From assembly GCA_965223295.1 (NCBI GenBank), contig CBDCWC010000003.1, positions 704,001-768,000 on the forward strand: DNA of 64,000 nucleotides, given 5' to 3'. Positions 21,361-29,955 of the stretch are shown one piece after another; position 1 is the stretch's first letter; every line of letters starts with the position of its first letter. Origin of the DNA: Nitrospirales bacterium. GTDB taxonomy: Bacteria; Nitrospirota; Nitrospiria; Nitrospirales; UBA8639. The notes beneath the pieces were generated by a model that saw only the letters and a program-made list of their open reading frames with translations, did no database searches and was not told the origin of the DNA. A program made the translations under genes and the position numbers.

Positions 21361-22177
21361 ACCCTTGCGAATTTCCGCCACCTGCACGATACCCTTCCAA
21401 GTCAACGGTCACAGTCTTAAACCCCAAGTCTTTCAAGGCGGCAACAAGACGAGACCGCCGAGGCTCTTCCGCCAGCAACGGAATTTCTGAAGATCCAACT
21501 TCGATGCGGGCCATTTCTCCATGTAGGCGGACACGTACCTGAGTCAATCCCTCTGCCAACAAAAACGCTTCGGCCTGTTCAACGCGAGATAACGATGCTG
21601 TTGTAATAGAAATCCCTCGGGCGATTCGAGAGGATAGACAAGCCGCTGCAGGTTTTTTCCAATTGGCTAGGCCCAAAGCTTGAGCCAATTGTCGGATATC
21701 AGACTTATTGCAATTGGCTTCTAATAAGGGGCTTTGCACACCTAACTGTTTTCCGGCTTGAATGCCGGGCCGGTCTTCACCCATATCATCAACATTCGTT
21801 CCATCCACAATTGCTTGAAAACCAGCATCCTTTTGAATCTTTGACAGCAACTGATAGAGATCCGTTTTGCAATGAAAACAGCGCGATGCATCATTCTGCA
21901 CAAATGCTTCGATTTGTAATTGATCGGTTTCAACAATCTGTAGTGGCACACCAATGTCTTGACACAAACGCCGGGCATCTTCCAGTTCACTCTGAGTCAA
22001 GGTCGGCGAAGTGGCAATAACGGCTTTGGCCGACTGCGCAAGAGTATCAACAGCCACCTTCAATACCAATGTGCTGTCTACTCCGCCCGAAAAGGCCACG
22101 ACCACAGATCCCAGATCTTGAAAAATTTTCTGTAACTGGCCGTATTTACGTTGAAGGGCTGGCTCAAGACTCAGCAT
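21359..22177 (-). CDS. larE: ATP-dependent sacrificial sulfur transferase LarE family (PP-loop)
   Basis: AFSGGVDS, RCFHCK, DGTN.DD, DRPG, ACLSSR, RVRLHG, DLEGYR. Confidence 0.88.
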   Translation of the reverse strand: MLSLEPALQRKYGQLQKIFQDLGSVVVAFSGGVDSTLVLKVAVDTLAQSAKAVIATSPTLTQSELEDARRLCQDIGVPLQIVETDQLQIEAFVQNDASRCFHCKTDLYQLLSKIQKDAGFQAIVDGTNVDDMGEDRPGIQAGKQLGVQSPLLEANCNKSDIRQLAQALGLANWKKPAAACLSSRIARGISITTASLSRVEQAEAFLLAEGLTQVRVRLHGEMARIEVGSSEIPLLAEEPRRSRLVAALKDLGFKTVTVDLEGYRAGGGNSQG

Positions 22178-23261
22178 AAATTGGAAGCACTCGTTTGGGA
22201 TGAGGCATGGAAGCTTTTAACATTTCTGAAGCCGATTGCCCTAATTGCCCACAGGCCCCTAAGACATCATCCCCTCGGCTTTTGCGGAGAAACGCATCCA
22301 GTCCTCGATTGCGAAGAATTTGCTGAAATGCCTCAATACTTTCCGGAGCCGAACGTCGAAATGCACTACCGGAGAATTCATTAAACGGAATGAGATTAAT
22401 CTTATATCGAATGCCGCGTAACAATGAGACCAATCGATTGGCATCTTCTCGGGTATCATTCACACCGGCAAGCAAAACATACTCAAACGTCAATGGACGC
22501 TCACTAGACATGACATATTCACGACTGGCCTGTAATAAGGCTTTAAGATTGTAACGCTTATTCACGGCTGGCATTAGATAGTCTCGTTGCGCGTTCGTGG
22601 TCCCATTCAGAGAAATCGCTAGATTCACACCTAAACGTCGAACATCTGGAAACCGTGGAATCCAGCCTGCTGTCGACACCGTGATACGCCGAGGGGAAAA
22701 TCCTAATCCCCATTCAATATTTGTTAAACGTTGGATCGCGTCAGCTAGCGCTTCAAAATTCATCAACGGCTCCCCCATACCCATAAAAACCAGGGAGGTA
22801 AGATGCTCTGGTTCAAGCAGCATGGCTTGCACATTCAACACTTGACCAACAATCTCATGGGCCCGTAAGTTCCGTTTAATCCCCATCTGTGCGGTTAAAC
22901 AAAACCCGCAATCCAATGTGCAGCCCACTTGGGAAGAAATACACAATGTCCGACGACGTTCTTCCGGAATCAACACAGTTTCCACAGACAAGCCATCGGC
23001 CAAGCGCCATAAAAACTTTTTGGTGCCATCACCAGAGACCCGAGACGAGATCTTTTCATCCTTGTGAATTGTAGCGACTCGCTGCAAGCGCTTTCGATCC
23101 ACTTTGGACAGGTTGGTCATCGCATCAATATCAGCAACGCGATGCTGATACAACCATTGCAAAATTTGCTGGGTTCGATACCGAGGCCAACCAAGCTCTT
23201 GGACCAAGACTTTGGTTTCTTCCGCATTGAGAGCTAACAAATTCACTAAAGACGTCTTCAT
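22164..23261 (-). CDS. rlmN: Dual-specificity RNA methyltransferase RlmN (radical SAM)
   Basis: CISSQVGCTLDCGFC, FMGMGEP, FEYVLL, NLIPFN, ACGQL. Confidence 0.95.
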   Translation of the reverse strand: MKTSLVNLLALNAEETKVLVQELGWPRYRTQQILQWLYQHRVADIDAMTNLSKVDRKRLQRVATIHKDEKISSRVSGDGTKKFLWRLADGLSVETVLIPEERRRTLCISSQVGCTLDCGFCLTAQMGIKRNLRAHEIVGQVLNVQAMLLEPEHLTSLVFMGMGEPLMNFEALADAIQRLTNIEWGLGFSPRRITVSTAGWIPRFPDVRRLGVNLAISLNGTTNAQRDYLMPAVNKRYNLKALLQASREYVMSSERPLTFEYVLLAGVNDTREDANRLVSLLRGIRYKINLIPFNEFSGSAFRRSAPESIEAFQQILRNRGLDAFLRKSRGDDVLGACGQLGQSASEMLKASMPHPKRVLPIYAES

Positions 23262-23336
23262 TTTCAATCAATTACTCAGAATGTATCTCCACAACATGGC
23301 CTGATCATACCATCTCTTTGGAACTCTGCCACTCAA

Positions 23337-23561
23337 GGGCCCGTTGAAAAAAGCCGCCAGCAGCGTTCTCACCCTTTTCCCGTGCTCACGTACTGCCAGT
23401 ACGCGCCGCGCGCAAAAATAGCTGTGGCCTTGCTGGACCTGGCTTCGCCGAAGCGGCTTCGCGCAGGCGAGTGGACATTTTTGAACGGCCCCGATGCTGT
23501 TGATGGCGAACCGCTTCCGGGCGAAATATGGCCTTTGATATCTTCATTATTCAACACTCCC
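23337..23561 (+). mobile_element. Family A element copy 4 (extension type I) carrying a nested 30-bp palindrome
   Basis: ACTCAA direct repeats at 23331-23336 and 23562-23567; insert at 23438-23467. Confidence 0.9.
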
Positions 23562-24005
23562 ACTCAAAAATCTTGGAGATTCCTTTTGTTGTGATTTCGA
23601 TATAATTCTTAGGTTTTTATACTTATCTACATATAGGCAAGAGAAAACAAACCAAAACAGCCGCAGTCAAATTCAATATCTGAAATATCCTTGAACATTG
23701 CATAAATCAGATCTTTGGGCAAGCATCGATTAAAGCATCATACTCTATTCAATTTAGGAAAAAGTTTTTATTTTTTGATGGCTATACCTATATTGGAAGA
23801 CTTCATGGTAGTCAATTTTATATCATCAATCTACCACATATTGGTCTTGATAGTGGTCTGTATACTTCTAATTGCTTCAGCTAAATACATTTAATCATGC
23901 TGATACCGAACGCCATACAAACGTACCATATACTCCACAGAGACAAATCATAATTTGTATCATTTACAGGAAGCATAGAAAAAATTTTAAATTAAAGCTT
24001 GCTTG

Positions 24006-24053
24006 TTGACTTTGCTTTAAAACACGAATAAAATTACCACCAATATATGGTGG
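24006..24053 (+). promoter_or_regulatory. Sigma-70 promoter with overlapping NrdR-box-like operator
   Basis: TTGACT-N17-TAAAAT (24006-24034); CACCAATATATGGTGG at 24038-24053. Confidence 0.65.
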
Positions 24054-24063
24054 AGCGAGAAAG

Positions 24064-24588
24064 ATGGAGAATCGGGATGATGAACTCGAAGATATCCTTG
24101 GCGGCTTGGAACAACGGATTAGTGTGTACGAACGAAAGCGCAAGGAACTTAAAAAACAGCGGGAGCAATTAGGTGAAGAAATCGCAACGGTTGAGAAATA
24201 CTTGGAGCTGGCAAAAACACTCTATCGGGTGGAAGCTGACAAAGCGAAACTGGCCAACCTCTCAATCCAAATCGCCTCACAAGAAAAAGGAGCCGTGTCG
24301 ACATCTGACGTCGACGCTGCGGCTCAATCGCGAGAGATTCTTCTGGGGCGGAGCAAGTATGTCGGACGAAGTGTCCCGGATGCGGTGTACATGGTTTTGC
24401 AAGAGGTAGGTCATCCCTTGCATGCCAAAGATCTGTATCAACGACTCAAAGAAGGTGGAATGCCCATCAGAGGAAAAACGCCCGTGACATCCATCGCCAC
24501 TTCCTTAAAACGAGATTCGCGATTTCGTAAAGTGGGGCCGAATACATTCGAAGTGACACATGACAAACCTTTAACGAAAGTGGTTTGA
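24064..24588 (+). CDS. Coiled-coil plus winged-helix (HARE-HTH-like) DNA-binding protein
   Basis: N-terminal heptad coiled coil; C-terminal DAVYMVLQEVGHPLHAKDL...GKTPVTSIATSL...F.KVGPNTF. Confidence 0.75.
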   Translation: MENRDDELEDILGGLEQRISVYERKRKELKKQREQLGEEIATVEKYLELAKTLYRVEADKAKLANLSIQIASQEKGAVSTSDVDAAAQSREILLGRSKYVGRSVPDAVYMVLQEVGHPLHAKDLYQRLKEGGMPIRGKTPVTSIATSLKRDSRFRKVGPNTFEVTHDKPLTKVV

Positions 24589-24637
24589 CAAGATAAGGGA
24601 TCAAGAGTTCCCTTCTTGGAGAAAGGAGGTGAGTGTC

Positions 24638-24724
24638 TTGGCCGTCACGAAGAAGAAAGCCGCTCCCAAGAGAAAAGCGGCGTCCGCTAAACCGAAAGCC
24701 AAAGCAAAAACTAAGAAAAAGTAA
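24638..24724 (+). CDS. 28-aa Lys/Ala-rich histone-H1-like micro-protein (missed by ORF track)
   Basis: Perfect SD GAAAGGAGGTGA then TTG; MAVTKKKAAPKRKAASAKPKAKAKTKKK*; followed by a terminator. Confidence 0.75.
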   Translation: MAVTKKKAAPKRKAASAKPKAKAKTKKK

Positions 24725-24747
24725 CCTGCAGTTCCCACCAGCAGTAC

Positions 24748-24789
24748 CGCCGGGGGTAGGGCCACCTGCTCCCGGCGTGTTTTTTATTT
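24748..24789 (+). terminator. Intrinsic terminator
   Basis: CGCCGGGGGTAGG-GCCA-CCTGCTCCCGGCG then TGTTTTTTATTT. Confidence 0.8.
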
Positions 24790-24887
24790 CCTTACCATTG
24801 TCTACTCGCCTCAACGTTCCTTACAATTCTCTACATTCCAAATAGACGTGGAATTCCTGATAGCTCCCTCTTTCCCCTCACCCAACC

Positions 24888-25697
24888 ATGATGCTCTCTT
24901 CTAATGAAATCGACAACCTCACGCAAACGGCCATTCAAGCTGCCCGGCAAGGTGGCACCATCCTGCAAGACTATGCACAAAAGGGCTTTACCATTCATTC
25001 TAAAGGCGAGGCCATTAACCTCGTCACCGAAGCTGACTTACAATCAGAGAAAGCGATCATTCAGACAATTCGTCAAGCATTCCCAGATCACCAGATACTA
25101 AGCGAAGAAGAAGGCGCACAGGAAAGCCCGCCACATGCCATCAAATGGATCATCGACCCGTTAGACGGCACGGTGAACTTCGCACATGGCTTTCCTATGT
25201 ACAATGTCTCAGTCGGAATTGAATACAACGGGACCTGCGTCATTGGCGTGACGTACGATCCCACTCGCGATGAACTGTTTCTTGGACAACAGGGGCGTGG
25301 TGCAACACTTAATGGCAATCCTATTCACGTATCAGAAGCACCAACGCTCGAGCAAGCCTTACTTGTCACAGGCTTTGCCTATGACGTCCATACGGCCACA
25401 GACAACAATCTCAAAGAATTCTGCGCCTTCACGGTACGTGCTGGAGGCATGCGCCGCACAGGCACGGCAGCCATTGATCTCTGCTACATTGCTTGCGGTC
25501 GCCTGGATGGATTTTGGGAACTCCAACTTAAACCTTGGGACACCGCAGCAGGTAAAGTCATTGTGGAAGAAGCGGGAGGGAAAATTACAAACTACAAGGG
25601 AGAACCGTATTCTATATATGGCACCACCACCCTAGCCACCAACGGCCTCATCCACGATGAAATGAGAAACGTGATGAGAGAAGCGCGAACACCATGA
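24888..25697 (+). CDS. suhB: Inositol monophosphatase family protein
   Basis: LVTEAD, SEE, WIIDPLDGT.NF, WDTAAG. Confidence 0.92.
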   Translation: MMLSSNEIDNLTQTAIQAARQGGTILQDYAQKGFTIHSKGEAINLVTEADLQSEKAIIQTIRQAFPDHQILSEEEGAQESPPHAIKWIIDPLDGTVNFAHGFPMYNVSVGIEYNGTCVIGVTYDPTRDELFLGQQGRGATLNGNPIHVSEAPTLEQALLVTGFAYDVHTATDNNLKEFCAFTVRAGGMRRTGTAAIDLCYIACGRLDGFWELQLKPWDTAAGKVIVEEAGGKITNYKGEPYSIYGTTTLATNGLIHDEMRNVMREARTP

Positions 25698-25791
25698 GCC
25701 CTTCTCTCACCACTCTGTTTCCACCCCACTGCATCAGTGGCCTCTCTTCGATTGGAACAAATTGGCCGAGGCGAGATGGATTCCTCATTGA

Positions 25792-25979
25792 GGGTCCCTT
25801 GAATACTTCGATCTCAAGTTTCGAAAAACCTTCAGAGCAGCGGTGCCTTCAATTCGACGGGAATGGTCAAAAAAGTCCGTCCAGCAAGGCCGCAGCCATT
25901 TGATGCGCGGAGCGTACTGGCAATACGTGAGCACAGCAAAAGGGCGAGAACGCCGCTGGCGGCTTTTTTCAACAGCCCC
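25792..25979 (-). mobile_element. Family A element copy 5 (divergent extension, no clear TSD)
   Basis: Core at 25859-25979 matches the other copies; outer end GGGTCCCTTGAATA. Confidence 0.8.
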
Positions 25980-26138
25980 CTAAAAGAAAGAACGCGATAT
26001 TTGACATGAAGGAAAGCCCCATCATTCCAAAGAGATTGCCCTACAGAAATTTCGGTTATCGATTTTTAGTTTTCGCGATGTGAGGCAATATCAAAAATGG
26101 ACGTGAGAAGAACAAAACAGCGCAGCCCAAAACCGGCT

Positions 26139-26669
26139 TCAATTAGATTCAGCGAGCAGGCGTTGGATGGTTTGTTCTGTTTGCTCATAGGCCCCTTCGC
26201 CGATGCGGGTATATTGAATCATTCCCTTTTTGTCAATCACATATAACGTCGGCCAGTAGCGGTTTCGGTAAAGCCGCCAGTTCTCAAAATCATTGTCGAT
26301 CGGGACCGCATAGGAGATGTGGTTTTCATGCACATAGTTTTTGACTTTATCTATTTCCTTCTCATAGTCAAATTCTGGCGAGTGCACGGCTATGATGACT
26401 AACCCCTGATCAGCATACTTCTTATGCCATTCCTTCACATACGGTTCAATGTTTCGGCAGTTCCAGCATCCAAACGTCCAGAACTCCACCATCACCACTT
26501 TGCCTCTCAACTCCTCCATCTTGAGCGGCTTTGAATTTATCCAAAATGGACTGATAATCTCTGGCGCTTGATTATTCTTAGCAAAACTTATTGAGACAAA
26601 ATTCAATATGGCACTGACCATACTGAAAATTACCAGACTTCTTAAGATCTTCTTTTTTCTGGCTCTCAT
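26139..26669 (-). CDS. Exported thioredoxin-like redoxin (TlpA/DipZ-type)
   Basis: Signal peptide; LRGKVVMVEFWTFGCWNC, VHSPEF, YWPT. Confidence 0.9.
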   Translation of the reverse strand: MRARKKKILRSLVIFSMVSAILNFVSISFAKNNQAPEIISPFWINSKPLKMEELRGKVVMVEFWTFGCWNCRNIEPYVKEWHKKYADQGLVIIAVHSPEFDYEKEIDKVKNYVHENHISYAVPIDNDFENWRLYRNRYWPTLYVIDKKGMIQYTRIGEGAYEQTEQTIQRLLAESN

Positions 26670-26852
26670 CTTTCAGTCTCCCTTTCAAATCTTGATATTC
26701 TTTCTAAATACATACCAAGAGTTCCCCAACTTTTTACTCTTGCTGCGGTTCACCCTCAATAGCGAGAGGGCTAACGCCTACTATTAAAACTACTTTCCCG
26801 TCTTCTCGATCAGTCTATTTAACTATCCATCTATTACAAACACTACAAGAAT

Positions 26853-26924
26853 AAGGGGTCAGACTCGATTTAATTTCCGCATATATCAGCAATAATGCAA
26901 GAATTAAATCGAGTCTGACCCCTT
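26853..26924. repeat. Perfect 23-bp inverted repeat (REP-like) just downstream of prfC
   Basis: AAGGGGTCAGACTCGATTTAATT-N26-AATTAAATCGAGTCTGACCCCTT. Confidence 0.85.
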
Positions 26925-26938
26925 TTTAAGCCAATTGT

Positions 26939-28540
26939 TTAGCCCATGCCTTTGAAGTCGTGTTGGGGGTTGCGTTCACGGGCGAAGTTTTTGGACCAGG
27001 CGCTGCGGAACAGAACGACGGGGCGATCTTGACTGTCCTTGACCACCAAGGCATCAGACGGAGGCCTAAATGTATCCACATCTCCCACTAACCAGGCGCT
27101 GGATTCGTATGGCAACATATCCACGATAGCTCTGACGCGATATTCGTTTTGCAAGCGAAACTCTAAGACATCAAACTGGAGACGCCCGACGGCCCCGACG
27201 AAAAAGTCCAAGCCATCCAAACTTCGCATGATTTGAATGGCGCCCTCCTTCGCAAGTTGCTCAATCCCTTTATCGAAAGACTTTCGCATGGTGGTATCCT
27301 TCGGACGAACCCGTGCAAAGACTTCAGGTTGAAATTGAGGAAGCGGTTTGTAGTTAAAACCTTCTGTCAAGGAGATGGTATCACCAATTTGAAACGCGCC
27401 CGTATTAATAATTCCGATCACGTCTCCCGGATACGCGGCATCTACCGTGTTTCGTTCTTTGGCAACCATGCTGTGCGGACGGGATAGCCTCACATCGCTT
27501 TTTGTCCGATGATGTTTCACAACCATGTCCCGATCAAATTTTCCCGAACAAACGCGCATGAAGGCGGTACTATCTCGATGACGTGGATTCATATTAGCCT
27601 GAAGTTTAAACACATAGGCGCTAAAAGGCACCTCTGCGGGATCAATAGCTTGTTCTTTTCCATCTGAAGTTTCAGCTATCCGGGCATGGGGATGTGGGGC
27701 CATATCCACAAAGGCATCAAAAAATGGCTCCACACCGAAATTGGTGAGAGCCGATCCAAAAAATACCGGTGTAACTTTCCCATCCTGAAACGCATCAATT
27801 GAAAACGGATTCCCCGCAATCTCTAATAACTCTAGATCATGCTCTAACTCTTCCCAGATGTAAGTTGGCACGCGACTCTTCAGAGAAGGATCATCTAGAG
27901 ACAACTCGGTCAATTCCGGCTTAGCTGCTCCAGCCTTCGCAGTCTTAGTATAGAGCAACACCTGACAGGTTTCCCGGTTCACGACACCCATAAACTCGCG
28001 CCCGGATCCGATGGGCCAATTGATAGGACTTGCGTGAATCCTCAAAATTTCCTCCACTTCAGCCATCAGGTCCAACGGTGGTCTTCCAGGAAGATCCATT
28101 TTATTAATAAACGTCAGCACAGGAATTTGACGAAGCCGGCAGACTTCAAACAGTTTTCGAGTTTGCGTTTCCACACCTTTAGCGGCATCGATGACCATAA
28201 TCGCACTATCGGCAGCTGTTAGTGTGCGATAGGTATCTTCGCAAAAATCTTGATGGCCAGGCGTATCCAACACATTGATTACGGCCTCTTTGTAAGGAAA
28301 CTGCATCGCGGAGGCCGTGATGGAAATGCCACGCTCCTGCTCCATTTCCATCCAATCCGAGGTGGCCATTTTTGAATTTTTTCTCGCCCCGACCATGCCA
28401 GCCGTTCGAACCATGCCGGAATACAACAACAGCTTTTCCGTTAACGTCGTCTTGCCAGCATCAGGATGGCTAATAATCGCAAACGTTCGACGCTTACTCG
28501 CAGCCGCACGAATTTCTTGTTGAAGTTGAGATGGCGTCAT
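26939..28540 (-). CDS. prfC: Peptide chain release factor 3
   Basis: RRTFAIISHPDAGKTTLTEKLL, ERGISIT, DTPGHQDF, NKMD, GAVG.LQFDV. Confidence 0.96.
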   Translation of the reverse strand: MTPSQLQQEIRAAASKRRTFAIISHPDAGKTTLTEKLLLYSGMVRTAGMVGARKNSKMATSDWMEMEQERGISITASAMQFPYKEAVINVLDTPGHQDFCEDTYRTLTAADSAIMVIDAAKGVETQTRKLFEVCRLRQIPVLTFINKMDLPGRPPLDLMAEVEEILRIHASPINWPIGSGREFMGVVNRETCQVLLYTKTAKAGAAKPELTELSLDDPSLKSRVPTYIWEELEHDLELLEIAGNPFSIDAFQDGKVTPVFFGSALTNFGVEPFFDAFVDMAPHPHARIAETSDGKEQAIDPAEVPFSAYVFKLQANMNPRHRDSTAFMRVCSGKFDRDMVVKHHRTKSDVRLSRPHSMVAKERNTVDAAYPGDVIGIINTGAFQIGDTISLTEGFNYKPLPQFQPEVFARVRPKDTTMRKSFDKGIEQLAKEGAIQIMRSLDGLDFFVGAVGRLQFDVLEFRLQNEYRVRAIVDMLPYESSAWLVGDVDTFRPPSDALVVKDSQDRPVVLFRSAWSKNFARERNPQHDFKGMG

Positions 28541-28566
28541 GATGTTTTCGGAAGACCAGGGCGATG

Positions 28567-29955
28567 CTATAGGTCTTGTAAGCGTCCTTGTGAGCGCGCC
28601 AGATTAATCCGGGCAGCATTAAAATTAAAAAGGGATTCGATGACATTATCTCGCGCTTGAGCCACGGAGGTTTGGGCATTAGTGACTTCAATATTAGTGG
28701 CGACTCCCACGGCAAAGCGCTCGCGCGCCAGTTCCAATTCGGTGAGAGACAGCTTCAGCCCTTCTTCAGCAACGGCCACTTGTTTGCTGGCAGAGTGAAG
28801 CGTCAACAGCGCATCGCGAACTTCCAACGTGACCTGGTAACGGATATCTTGCGTAGTGATCTCCTCCTGCCTAACCAAGCTCTTACTTTCCGACACGCGG
28901 CCTTCGCGTTGACCACCATCAAAAATAGGCACAGTCATTAAGACTTGTACATTGTCGGTTGTCAACATATCGGGAATTTGATTCCCAATTAACCCAATAT
29001 CTCCAAATGCTTGAATAGACGGAATTCTTTCACTCCTTACTGAACTTAAGGTCAGCGCTGCCAGACGTTCTTTTTGTTTTTGCACTTGCAACTCTGTCCG
29101 ATTATCTTTGGCCACCTGTAAGGCCTCGACTAACGTTTGCTTGGGCACAGGAATCATGGCCATGGTATCGGTCAAAACTAAGGGCACATCAAACGAGAGT
29201 CCAATGGACCGAATAAGATTTAGTTTGGCACGATCACGTTCATTTTGAGCCACGAGTAGTCGTTGCCGTTCATTTTCTAACTGCACTTTGGCGCGAGTGA
29301 CATCTAAACTGGTGGCCATGCCTGCCGCTTTCCGCTCCGTAGCTAAGCGTAGTAGTTCTTGATTCAATGTCACATCAGCTTTGCGGGCTTCCACGGCAGC
29401 TTCCGCTCGCAAGGTTTCCAGATAGACCAGTCCCACGGTCGCCATGGTGTCTCGTTTCGTCACCTCGGCATTCAGTGATGCCACATCTACACCGGTTTTT
29501 GCTGCCCGCCAGCGTTGAATCAAACTCAGGCTCAATACATTTTGAGTCAATGCCGCGCGGGCTTCATAAAAATCTCTTGGGTCCGTCACCGTAGGACTTC
29601 CACCAAATGACCCCGTAAAGAACCGACGCCGCGCGCCACTGACTTGGCCGGAAATGTTTGGGAGCAAGGCGCCTAATTGTGTATCAGCTACATCTTGCGC
29701 TTGGATAATACGTTCTTGAAAAATCCGAACCGTCGGATTTTCATCCACGGCGGCATCCATGGCTTCTCGCAAACTAAGTTTCAACACTGGAACATCAGGT
29801 TGGGACGGACCTTGCTGTTCAGTGGCCGCCAGTCCTGGGCCACTTATGGCACAGAAAACCACTAGCAGTCCCAATTTGAAAACCCATGCTAGAGATCCAA
29901 ACTGAAAAGATTGTTGTTGGGTAGCTTGAGTCACATGACAAAGGTTCTTCATCAC
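28567..29955 (-). CDS. TolC-family outer membrane efflux protein
   Basis: LSLREAM..A...NP, LLPNI, VPIFDGG, OEP repeats. Confidence 0.9.
   Translation of the reverse strand: MMKNLCHVTQATQQQSFQFGSLAWVFKLGLLVVFCAISGPGLAATEQQGPSQPDVPVLKLSLREAMDAAVDENPTVRIFQERIIQAQDVADTQLGALLPNISGQVSGARRRFFTGSFGGSPTVTDPRDFYEARAALTQNVLSLSLIQRWRAAKTGVDVASLNAEVTKRDTMATVGLVYLETLRAEAAVEARKADVTLNQELLRLATERKAAGMATSLDVTRAKVQLENERQRLLVAQNERDRAKLNLIRSIGLSFDVPLVLTDTMAMIPVPKQTLVEALQVAKDNRTELQVQKQKERLAALTLSSVRSERIPSIQAFGDIGLIGNQIPDMLTTDNVQVLMTVPIFDGGQREGRVSESKSLVRQEEITTQDIRYQVTLEVRDALLTLHSASKQVAVAEEGLKLSLTELELARERFAVGVATNIEVTNAQTSVAQARDNVIESLFNFNAARINLARSQGRLQDL

Noticed and set aside
24633-24845. 70-aa ORF MSWPSRRRK... from the ORF track
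   Set aside because: Its GTG abuts the SD with no spacing and it runs through the terminator; the TTG frame at 24638 fits the SD and stops before the terminator.
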